Assembly: GCA_028534125.1 (NCBI GenBank) | Contig: CM052816.1 | Span: 94,118,001 to 94,182,000, forward strand | Source of the DNA: Lama glama | Lineage: Eukaryota | Reading direction: 5' to 3' | DNA length: 64,000 nt | In this document: one piece after another, positions 12,986 through 24,130 of the stretch | How positions within the stretch are numbered: the stretch's first letter is position 1 | Layout: each line of letters opens with the position of its first letter | Program-made: the position numbers and the translations under genes | The notes under the pieces: generated by a model | Told to the model about the DNA's origin: nothing | Database searches by the model: none | Seen by the model: only the letters and a program-made list of their open reading frames with translations

Positions 12986-13183
12986 ACTGAAATTTGCTGA
13001 GATTACAACTTAAATGTTCCTTTCTTACCCTAAAAAAAAAGGTAAATATGTGAGGTGATGAGTATGTTAATTAACTCAGAGGAGGAAACCTTTCACAATG
13101 TTTAAGTATCTTAAATTATCACTTTGTACACTTTAAATATCTTAAAATTTTGTCAATTATACCTCAGTAAAGCCAGAAAAAAA
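12986..13183 (+). mobile_element. L1MA9/L1MB-like 3'-terminal fragment
   Basis: tgaaatttgctgag...tatgtgaggtgatgagtatgttaattaact...tgtacactttaaata...tgtcaattatacctcagtaaagc plus an A-tail. Confidence 0.8.
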
Positions 13184-13589
13184 CTGTTTTGTTTTTACTA
13201 ATTTCTTTTATCTGCTCTCTTTTGGTTTACTTCAGTATTTCAGCATTTTGAGTTGAGCATGTTAATTCAGTAGTTTTCATGCTTAAAATTTGTATTAATA
13301 TAGACACCTCTTGCTGTAACTTTTCTCTGCAAAGTGTTTTACCTGTGCACCACACTTGTAGGGGTGTCATTCCACCACTTATTTTGGAAAAAATAAATTT
13401 ATTTTTGTGTTTTGTTTCCTCTTCAGTCCAAGCTTGTTTTTAATATTACTTTAATTTCTTAAAAGATTTTGCATGAATATGTGTGCATGCACTCGTGTAC
13501 ATGAGTACTATGGTAAATTATTATAAATGTTCCATGTACAATTTTTTAAAATATATTCTATATTACTGGGATTCAAATTATATATGGAT

Positions 13590-13670
13590 GTAAGTATATA
13601 TACATATAAAACACAATATGTATGTAATATACAATATCATATATATTATACATATATATAGTGTATATAT
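13590..13670. repeat. (TA)n-rich low complexity
   Basis: Degenerate TA/CA dinucleotide run. Confidence 0.8.
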
Positions 13671-13689
13671 TTCTTTTCCTATTTCCAGT

Positions 13690-14218
13690 GGTACCACTGT
13701 GGTTCATGCCACATCACTCAACATCTGGATTATTATGATTGTCTCTTTAAAGTTCTTACTCCTCTCTCCATATCTCCATACCTCTTGGTCTCTTCTTAAT
13801 ATATCAGCTGGAATAATGCCTTTAAGTCATTAGTGAGACGTGACCTTGGATTTCCCGCAAGGTAAGAGCTTGCTCTCTGGGGATGTCTCTGACTTCCTCC
13901 CTGAGTGACCTTCCTTTGGTTCACACTACGCCATCCACGCTGGTCACCTGACTGTTCATTAAAAACTCCTACCACGTTCTTATCCTAAGACTATTTCTTT
14001 CGCCTGAATTATTCTGCACCCAAATAGCCACATGATTAAGTAACATACCAGACTGTTTGCATATTTATTATGATTATTATTCTTTGTTGCTTCTGTTTAC
14101 TCCAAATTGTGAAAGTTCAAGATCCTTAAGAGCTGGGATCTGTCTGCTTGAATCACTGATATATCATGACCCCCAGAACAGTGCTGGTACCTAATTAACA
14201 CTCAGGAAAAATGTGTTG
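13690..14218 (+). mobile_element. L2 3' region
   Basis: L2 tail-like aagatccttaagagctgggatctgtctgcttg...ccccagaacagtgctggtac...cactcaggaaaaatgtgttg. Confidence 0.6.
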
Positions 14219-17200
14219 CACAATCGCTATGCAGTGAATTTTATACACATGTGCACTGTATAAAAAGGCAAATATTTATTTAAAAGGAAGTCAATGATAT
14301 TCACTGTCAGCTATAAATATAATGATATCACTTGACCTTCTTGAATGAAGAGGAGAAGCAGTGTTTCCTTTGAATTTCCTACTTGAAACAGGAAATTTTA
14401 TCTCCACCTCCTCCATTGAATAGCAGATTACTGGAATATAATCAGTGTCCAATTTGCCTTTTCTAAGCTTCTACCAGGCATAAAATTAAAGTCATAAATG
14501 ATCATCCTTTCATAAGCACAGGAGTTTTGCAGGTTTGAAAGTTGTCCTAAGTTTGAAAATTCTATTGTCTATCTGAGACGTTAGCCAGTTTCCACTGTCT
14601 GGTGAATGATAGTACATTATATGTTTTTAAAGAAAAAAATTGTAGACAACTTTTGAGCACTGAGTGAAAGTTTTCCAGTGAAAGTAAATCATGTGCAAGG
14701 GAGTCTAACTTTCAAAACAACTGGCTACCTGAATAAAGGGTGAGAGGAGTATTTATAGCTTAAATTATCGGATAGTCAACAATAATTCCATTTGAATAAA
14801 CTTGAGTCAAATTTAACGAAAAAGAGGTTTTTGTCTTAAAAGGCCAATCTCAAAATTCAGAGCTTTGAAAATGCTCTAATTTTCATGGCCTTAAAGAATT
14901 TCCTACAGTTGATCATTCGTCTTAGATTCTGAGGAATGTGAGCTCTTTAGGGCCTATTTTTTGTTCTCCTGCAACCAAATTGTGCAGCAAGGCTAAGAAG
15001 ACAGAACTGCCTTCCCAGGACCTTGTTGTGGCCCTCTCTTAAGACATAAAGTTGACTGGTGGTTTTTCTTATTCAGAGCTATTGATTTCTCCTATTTTGA
15101 CAACTTTATTTATATAGAGACAACCAACGATGTTAGTTAACATCTAAGAATACCCTTGTGGTATGGTTAACAAAACTAAAACTATAAATACTAAACCTGG
15201 AGGCTTTTTAAAGCACCTAGAGCTATTTACAAACCATGTTTCTCATGTGAAACATAACTTCATTGTCTTTTTCTAGTCATTCATTCCAAGCTTGGAAACC
15301 AGAATCTCCAAGTTCACCAAGGTACCTTCCAAGAAATGGCGTTCTATATTTACCTGTCGGCCTTGGTTCAGTAAGCCCTAGAAAAGAACCAGAGCTTTCA
15401 TAGGAGCAATTTGGATCATAATCTCCATGTATGAAACATAGCCTTTATTTCCTTAATTGCATGATGTAATGGAACGGCTTTATGAAGTGGCTTTTTCCTT
15501 TAAATATTACATCTCTGACATGTCCGTGATTGAAAATTTGGGGTTTGGTTTTATTTTGTTTTGGTTTGTTTTTAATCTATCCAAATAAGCATTTACCATA
15601 AAATTAAAGGACTCAGAAAGATCACTTAGATCAATGGTTAACCACTTTTCAGATAAGAATTATAAATATAAATCATATTTTCAAAAAAGCATCTTGTTAG
15701 GTATACTTAATTATTCATTTATAATGTATATACAATTTCCCATAAGGTATTTTTTATGAATTCTGAGAGATCAGTTACAAGAAGGCACCATTCAAAAGTT
15801 GAATTATTCCAGTTTTCCCAAGTAAGTCCTTTTAAATTGGTAGCTAGATTAAAAAAGAAAGGTTTTCACACAGTCCTACCAGAAAATAGCACAATAAAAT
15901 AATAGCAACAATATTTTAAGTCAAATAATTGAAGTTAAACTTTCCTCTTCAGCACCAATCAGATGGACACAATTCTTACTCTTCTGATCTTGAGTCAGCA
16001 GCTCACCCCATGGAATTACCTGCTTCAGCAGTAAACCTGGAAATCCTGACTTGGGTCCGCGCTGTGAGACATCCGCTCCGAAATCAGGGTCGTGTGGTGC
16101 TGGGAGCCTGAGCGCGGGGTCCTACTTCTTACATCAACCATCATGAGTACTTGCTACAACCCTTTCTCCCAACGTTCTGAGAAACTGGCCTCATTTGTTC
16201 TCCCAAGACATTTAACTTCTTCTTTGTAACTTGTAGCAGAAGCCTTTAAGCTGTAACAAAAGAGTAACGCCAACCACCTATTGAAATAAGACTAGGTCAG
16301 AATGGAGGAAAACGGAATTCCTGATCAGGGTATGAAATACAACTATACACATGCAGTCAGTTCACAGTTACCCGGAGAGTTAGAAGACCTTAAGACCAGT
16401 GAGGGCATTTGCAAATTTCCCAGACTTTATAATCTATCTTACAAGGCTTATATTAAGATTTTCAATGTTAGCAAGTGTGTTTTATTCCTAGAAACAATAT
16501 TTTCTTAACAATCAGTTTGCTAACAAATAAGGTGCTAGAGTTTCTATGTGAATTATGATTAGAATAGATTTATATCAGTTGTAAAATATAATATGGCTGA
16601 AACTTATTTATGTTAAAAGTATGCTCTTGATAAAAAGACCTTTCATTGCCTTGTTGAGCTAATTAAAAATAGACAACATACATGTTTTTTATACCAACTT
16701 ACTTTAGCCTTCTTCCTTACTCATGACTTTCTAGGGTAAGCTTTGGTGCTATGCAGCAGCCACCTTTAACTCAGGGCCTGATTTTAGGAAGATAATATCA
16801 AAAACAGTTATCAGAAGAGACAATGTCACAGCAATAAATGAATATGTCTTCCTTGGGTGCCTCAGGACAAGAAATAGTTGCCATCTTGTTACATAATTAA
16901 TCTGTTACACAATATTTCTTCAAATGAAGAAGATCAACAGTTACTCCAATTTTTCCCTTTTGAAGAAGTTGGGAAATTTTATTAAAAACAATTCTAGAAC
17001 CTGACAAAATTCATATCAAAAGCTCAGCAAGTTAACAGGTTCTCAGGAAATGAGAGTGCTCTGCTGAGAACATCTGTTTTGTAGGCAGGACATGCTGATA
17101 TGTTCTGTTTCTGTTTAAGAACAATTTTCTTCCAAGTTAGTTTCATTTCTCTTTATTATTTACAAGTTACTTTGATGAATAATGACAATATGCACATATG

Positions 17201-17248
17201 CATGTTCTTAAAATACATAAACAAACATGTAATAAAATATACTGAATG

Positions 17249-17320
17249 GCACAGGGAACTATATTCAATATCTTGTAATAATCTATAATGAAAATGAAAA
17301 AAGAGAAAAAATATATATAG
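17249..17320 (+). mobile_element. Short cetartiodactyl L1 3' UTR fragment
   Basis: gcacagggaactatattcaatatcttgtaataatctataatgaaaa, near-identical to 47640-47690. Confidence 0.8.
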
Positions 17321-17594
17321 ACTAATTTTAAGCATCTTATAAGTAACTCATATCACTTCGAATGTATCCTCTTATTTATAATTTGCAATGTTTTTATACA
17401 GAAAAAGAAAAGAAAAGAAAAACACTGCTTTGGGACCAAGTACTTTGGCTTTTTCTTTATATGGATTTGAATCTCTCTAAATCTCTCTTAGAAAGTGTCC
17501 AAATACTCAAAAAGCTTATTTATTAATCAATTTAAAATAGTCCAAAATGTTGGAAGTTATATTTCGGTTTGTTATCACAGAGTAACACAATCAC

Positions 17595-18140
17595 TGTTGA
17601 TAAAACAATTGTAACAAAAAGGACATTTATCAATTTTGCACTGCGACTGAATTACTCCAAAGGCAGATGCCCTGACAAAGCTGGAAGGTCAAGCAGTTTA
17701 ATCTGGAATGGAAAAGAAACATGAGCAGGGGGTTGAAAAGTGATACAGATTGGAAGAGATCATAAGAGGACCTGCTAGCCACCAAAGGCTCCCCATCCAA
17801 GGCTTCCCTGTCCTTGGAATGTACCTCCCGCCCACAGTCCCCGTATCCTGAGCCCTTTTCAAGGACGCAGCCTTGAGGGGGCAGCATGCTGTTGAGACCA
17901 CCTGAACGTGTCTGCGACTGAACCCACTTTAGTCCTCTCTATAAACTGTGCGGATGCTGGTGGGCAAGTGTGGTCTACAAATCTTGTGATGCCCAAGCCT
18001 GGCAGGTAAATTCCCATGCTTGTTAAAATTGTCTAGCAATCTGGAGTGATCTGCCTTTTTCTCCACTCGCTTTTTGCCCTCCATGTGTGAAAGCCAGTTT
18101 CAGATTCCACCTGGGGGACTCCCAAAGTTTGGAACCAACA
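17595..18140 (+). mobile_element. Solo ERV1-like LTR
   Basis: 546-bp GC-elevated block with inverted termini TGTTG...CAACA, TATA-like ctataaa near 17940 and a near 4-bp TSD TCAC/TTAC. Confidence 0.62.
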
Positions 18141-19303
18141 TTACAGGGAAGAAAAAGCAATTAATAAACTTTGCTTTGTCAAGCCTGTCAAGCCAGGTGC
18201 CGCTCGGGATCAGTGCAGCTTAGTTCTGCACACTAATTTCTTGTACTCAGTGAAAAGCACACACCTCTTTGTTATCACATCCAAAGAGTACTTTAGTCAG
18301 AGTTGGTGGGTGAATTCCAAGTGAGTGATTCTGTTGGGATCTCCACGTATTCTATTAAGAGAAACACGTAATTTAATAACGATAAGTGAAATTTTCCTTG
18401 GAATAATAAGGCATATGCAAGGAAGCCCAAATTAAAGAGCTGCCAGCTTCCATAATAGAAAAAGAAGGCATTTTCTAAGAGTCAAACTTTTGTATGACAA
18501 GTGAAATTTTTGATTGGATAATGTTAGTTTTGTTTAAAAGACAGTTCTTACCATACATGGATCATGGCATATTTCAAAATGTACAGCTTTCCGGGTGCTC
18601 CTGTGATTCAGACTTTCAGAAAGCTCTTGATATTTGTGACATTTCTGAATGCAAGGCTTTTAGAAATGTGTTTTCTGGATCACACGTTATGCTAATACAG
18701 CCCAAATGTGTGCATCAAAGGAAAAGACACTAATTTTACTTTATCATTTTCTTAATGATGACACTATTTTCAAATGAAGAAGTATACAAACCGACAGGTG
18801 ATATGAATATTTACATGCTCTAATCCCATGTCACAGTGTAGCACTATAAAATATTTCAAGTAAGAAGAAAGATTAACATTTAGGTCACTATTTAATGCTG
18901 AATTAAATCTATCCCTGAAAATAACTCATTTGAGTGATTATAGGATAAACAGATAATCCTAATAAAAGATCTTGTTTGCTTATGACTAAATTAGCTTATA
19001 CACGAACACTGAGAAGGATCGGTAAACAACTGTTCTTCTGTCTGTTGGATGCTACACTTGTTTTGCAATTACAATAGTACTGGATGCAAGATAAGTTAAA
19101 CTGTTAAAGAAACAGAAAAATAAAACAAAACTGCACTTATTAGGAAAAAATATCTAGAAAACAAGCATCCTAAAGCACTGAGATTTCAATTCTGGGATTC
19201 CTGAGGTCTTGTAACATATGCCAAGCCTTCATATGGTCTCAAGAATTTGTCAACATTTAGGTTTCTTGACGATAATCAGTGAAAAAGAGAGTAACTTCGA
19301 TGT

Positions 19304-19652
19304 CAGGGATTGGCACACTAAGACCGGGGCTTGTTTTGCTAAATTGAATTCTTGCGGGGCGGGGACATAATTAGGTTTATTCATTCACTTATTTACTTCA
19401 GCTTTTTAAATGGAGGTACTGGGGACTGAACCCAGGACCTCCTGTATGATAAGCACACACTCTACCACTGAGCTATACCCTCCCTCTGCTAAACTGATTT
19501 TTACTGAAACACATCCATACCCATTCAGTTGTTTTCCAGGACTGCTTTTGAACTACAAGGACAGACTCGAGTAGTTGACACAGAAGATGGATGGCTGAAG
19601 AGTCTAGAATATTTACCATGTGACCTGTTATAGAAGAGCTTTCTGTTCCCTA
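19304..19652 (+). mobile_element. MER58A (hAT-Charlie) DNA transposon, split by a SINE
   Basis: Start cagggattggcacacta. Internal ttttactgaaacacatccatacccattc, gagtagttgacacaga, aatatttaccatgtgacc. End ...ttcccta. Confidence 0.8.
19351..19486 (-). mobile_element. Vic-1-type tRNA-derived SINE
   Basis: Reverse complement of GGGAGGGTATAGCTCAGTGGTAGAGTG...GGGTTCAGTCCCCAGTACCTCC...AAACCTAATTA. Imperfect TSD tgctaaattgaatt (19337-19350) and tgctaaactgattt (19487-19500). Confidence 0.92.
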
Positions 19653-20019
19653 TTCTACATTCCTGATCATTTTAAAAACTGGTTATAAACATAGTAGGGC
19701 TATGGAAAATTGGAGAATTTTTAATCTACTACAGATGTCACAAATTACAGCCAAATAATTTTTACATCACTTTATTTTGGAGTAAGAAAATTTTTACTTT
19801 TCTTCATGAATTTTTTTGCTTGAAATATTATGGTATTTTAGGAAATCTTATAACAAAATGTTCAGATTATTTGATAATAGTTTTGATTTGTGGATTTTTT
19901 TTCTTCTGTGATTTGAAAGGTGAGATTTTATGCCACAGGTGAAATCTTTTTAGAAATTTAAGATGTATATCTGATTTGTCAAGAGCAGAGTTGTCTAGAC
20001 CTTCCAGCAGAATCCGTCT

Positions 20020-20155
20020 CTTCAGTGTGCTCAGGAGGCCGGAGGACTTCTGAAATGTGCAGATTGTTGGGTTCCAGCCTTAGGGATATTGATTTATTAG
20101 GTCTGAAATGCAATCCTGCTTTTGCTTAAGAACCAGGACTACAGAAGTCTGATGT
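20020..20155. mobile_element. MER5-like hAT fragment
   Basis: tgcagattgttgggttccagcc...gatattgatttattaggtctg resembles the MER5A core. Confidence 0.45.
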
Positions 20156-20764
20156 GTTCGGGTAACTCACTTAGTTTAAAGGGAAGCAGTACACAGTATA
20201 CAGGAAACATAACATTCTTATTGATGGCGAACTTGTCTGCTATACTCTGCTTCATATAAAATATTTAAAATCAGGGTCAATAGAGTCAACCAAAATACAT
20301 CAACCATAAAAACCATGGGAGTATGTAGAAAAACTATCGCCATTTATTTTTGAGCCCTACATCTTTAATAAATAAAGTATTGATGACACATGTCAAGCAA
20401 TCAGGCATTGCTAGGTGCAGTGCGGAAAGCAGTATTTTCTATTCATGAGAGCTAACGCAGAAGGCCAGAGCTCAGTGGGCACTGGGTGAGCAAAAATGGA
20501 ATTTTGCCTAAATAGTATGATAATGGAATGTGATGACATTAGCAACTGAAGTTTGCGTAGCACTTGATAACTGATACACCATTACCTTCTCATTTGATCC
20601 CCAAAGCAACACAAATGACAGGGTTGAAACTGATCCCCGCAACATAGATAAGGCCTTTCAGGCTCAGAGGGGCTCAGCTAACTGCCTTTCCGAGGTTAAC
20701 AAGGAAGTGAGGATACGCTCCACATGGCGCTCGTCCTCAGATCTGATTAAATGAATGCTATGCC

Positions 20765-21400
20765 TGTAGTAAAACATGAAATGACTACATGAACCAAGTC
20801 AGGCTTATTGACTCGTACAGCAAGGGTGAACACAGGCCAGAGCAACTGCGGGGCATCTCAGTAAGAGGGACTTGGAAAGGGATTCACAGAATATTTGAGT
20901 AATTCTAAGGCCAGTGTTTAAGGAAGCGGGGGGCCAGTCCTGCATTCAGGCTGTCAAACAAGAGGGGCAATTTTATGATAATAACACAAATAATGATAAT
21001 GTTCTTAATTATTTTATATTTAATTATAAGAATAGATAGAAGTATAATTATGTCATATAAATATATCGTACAAATATATAAGTAATTATATAAATAAACA
21101 TGCATTTATTATGATATGATATATTATTTTACATAATGTATATGATATACAAACGTTTATATAATTATATATTATGTATATTACAATATACAATATAAAA
21201 TTAGTATTATATGATTATTATTAACATAATAGTAATATTAACATACATACATTTCAATAATATTTCTCTAAGATACTGAAGGAAGGAAGGAAGAGTCAAG
21301 GCTAGAAAACAAACACGTGCATGTCATACAGAAGTGGGAGATGTCTGGGGTTTCTGTGGCCATGGGATGGCCTTGTTTCTGTCTCATTTCACACACACTC
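20765..21400 (-). mobile_element. Probable old ERVL-type LTR interrupted by an AT-rich tract
   Basis: tgtagtaaaac start and ttatt (minus-strand poly(A) signal) near 20805. GC-richer LTR-like sequence lies on both sides of 20972-21264. Family not identified. Confidence 0.35.
20972..21264. repeat. About 290-bp AT-rich (TA/AAT)n low-complexity tract
   Basis: Very high A+T degenerate microsatellite. Confidence 0.9.
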
Positions 21401-22077
21401 AATGTGTCCTCTTTGTCTGGTTGATATTCTTTTAAACTCACTTGGAAATGTAAAGGTTTAGCTGCCACATAATGCAAGCTGAGTTCTTCCAGATTCTTGA
21501 TGGGCAGACAGTATTTAAAGACCTTTGTAATAATAAATGAACGTGAGAATAAAACCACGTTTAGATGGTAACAAAATATATTGTTGGCAGAACTTAACCA
21601 GATAAAAATCATCTGGGGGGAAAAAAACTGTGTACTACCTATCTTTAATTAAAGTGTAGTATTGTGTATATTCAGATCAAAACTTAATTTATTCTAGTTG
21701 TAACAAAGAGTTTTATTTTTTTTTAATTGAAACACATAGTCAAAGGAGAAGCAAAGAAGATAGAGACTGGTTACAAGAAGTAAGTAAATAAATCATTCAT
21801 TCATTAAGTTAGCCCACGGCTCTGTGGGACAGCAATGCATTGTGAAATCAAGAGTTATGGAAGAAGTTGTGAATGCCTATTTGATCCTCAGAGACATAGC
21901 AATATGAAAGATAAAATTCAGAAAATCAGGGGCTTAAAATGATTGGATATTAATCTAAGGCAAACAACATATGAGGAGATGTTTTTAAACACTCTAAAAT
22001 CAAACAGATACATTTCTTAACATAAGGCTTCATGCAGAGAAAAAATATCTCAGCTAATATGATCAAAAAATACTATT

Positions 22078-22158
22078 ATGTATATTACTGAATCAATATA
22101 TTGTACACCAAAAATTAACACAACATTAAAAACTGACTATACTTCAATTTAAAAAAAA
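22078..22158 (+). mobile_element. Cetartiodactyl L1 extreme 3' end
   Basis: actgaatca...tgtacaccaaaaattaacacaacatt...gactatacttcaatttaaaaaaaa. Confidence 0.75.
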
Positions 22159-23269
22159 TATTATTTACAAGGCTGAACAAGAAAGATGACAGACTTATAA
22201 AAAAATTCAGTTTATAAAGAATAACTTAATTTAATTAAAAATACCCATAAACACAGTCCTTATTCTTTATTTTACGTAGTTCAACATACTAGAAAGTTTG
22301 GGAAATTATAATGTTAATTTCAACATTTTTAATGTTAATATCCAGATGTAAGACAGTCTAGATTTCCGTGTCCCTAAAGCTACGCTTTACTTTTGATATC
22401 CTCATCTTGTTACAGTTTCACCCAACTGTTTGATTTCTCTAAATAAAAACATTAGAATGCATCAAATTAATCAAATCAAATAATTGAATCACTCAGAGTT
22501 CTAATTACTTTGATTAAAACCTTAAATTATAAAGTAGCTTTTTCATTTTCTAATCAATTAATGTCACCTGTCTACAAAAACAAATAAATATGAAAGGACG
22601 TTTGAGTAAGTTTATTTCACTAAATATATTGTCATATGTTCATTAAATGAAAATTAGAAATTTTTCTAAGACAACATAATCATAATTATGGTGCAAATTT
22701 TTGAGGAAACTAACTCCTTCCTTTTGGCTTAAGACCATTTTTGTTGACATCTGGAGAATCCACATTTAAAAACAGTAACATTTTAAGATGAAAACAAATT
22801 CTCAGAAGGAAGTATTTGCACAATATTTCTTTCCTTTAAGGAAAGGAATATTGAAACACACTGAAACAAGGTTTTGAGATTTATGTTGCAAGATATTTGA
22901 TTTACATACAAGAGTAAAATTCAGTAATTTTTTTATTTTCTAAGATGTGCTCTGTAGTGAATAGAATAACCCAATGTTATAGACCATTACAATAGGAAAT
23001 GCTTTTCAATTAAAAAAATTCAGTCTCTACACTTTGTACCAAAGAAAATATGAAAGTTGCAGCAAGTACAAGTGGCTCACAACCCTGGCTTCACATAAGA
23101 TCCACCTGTATCAATACCAGCCCTCTTTCCTCTCCCCCAGAATTATTCCAGATGAGGTGGGGTCATCACTGGACCTGCTGTGCATCCTCCCCACCCTGCC
23201 CACCTTCTATATGAACTCAGTGTCATCATTCAAACATTATTTTGTCTCCTTTTCTTGTTGGGGTGTTAT

Positions 23270-24130
23270 ATTTTCTTTCTGCTTCTTTATTCTGTCTTCA
23301 CCTATTTAATTAATAGATTTAAATCTATTATGCACAATTTTTTTAATTTAACTAACATCAGATTATGGCTTTATCCATCATTTGCTTCTATGCCATCAGT
23401 ATTTACTAAATTTTGCTCTCTTTTTCACAAATATCTTTACTCACCCTTCCTCCTTCTGTTGGAAATTATCCATTTTCCCCTGTCTGAGGAAGGTAGTTAC
23501 TAGTAAACCGTTTTTGTATCTAAAGATGTCCTTATTCACCTTCTTTCCTAAAAGATCATTTGTCGGGCTAGCATCCTAGGTTAACAGACATTTTCCTTGA
23601 ATTCAGCGCAGCCATAACTCCATCAAGCTCCACCTTCTTTGTTGCAATAGAGAGGCTGCTAGTCTACCCACTCTAAAGAGGCTCACCTATCCAAACTTAT
23701 CCACCACTTTTTAAGATCTTCTCTTTTGCCTTGGGGTCCTACAGCTTCTCTGGAATGTGTCTAGGCTGGGATACGTTTCACATTCGAATTGTTCTGAAGT
23801 CTCAGCTACTTCATTATCTTGATCATCCATCTTGTTCTGGATTTGGAAGGATCCAGATCACCCTGTTGGGTGGCAAGTCTCATTCTTATTCATCCTATCA
23901 GCTTCCTCACATTAAGGAAACCCTAAATGTTTTCAGCTGTCATACGTGGCATAACTGGCTATTAAAATGAAAATTTGAGGCTTCCATAAACCCTCTGAGT
24001 GAAAGTTAATTCCAGCCCTCACTTCTCTCCCAGAGATTCTGCTTTCACTATATTTGGGGGATCCAAAGATTCCTTGTTTTATGTCCATTCATAAATATAT
24101 TCTCCTTAAATGTATCTTATGCAGCATTTT
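23270..24130 (-). mobile_element. Ancient L1/HAL1 5'-ORF1 region relic
   Basis: T-rich antisense L1 motifs: aagatgtccttattcaccttctttcctaaaagatcatttgtcggg...ctaggttaacag. Confidence 0.5.
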
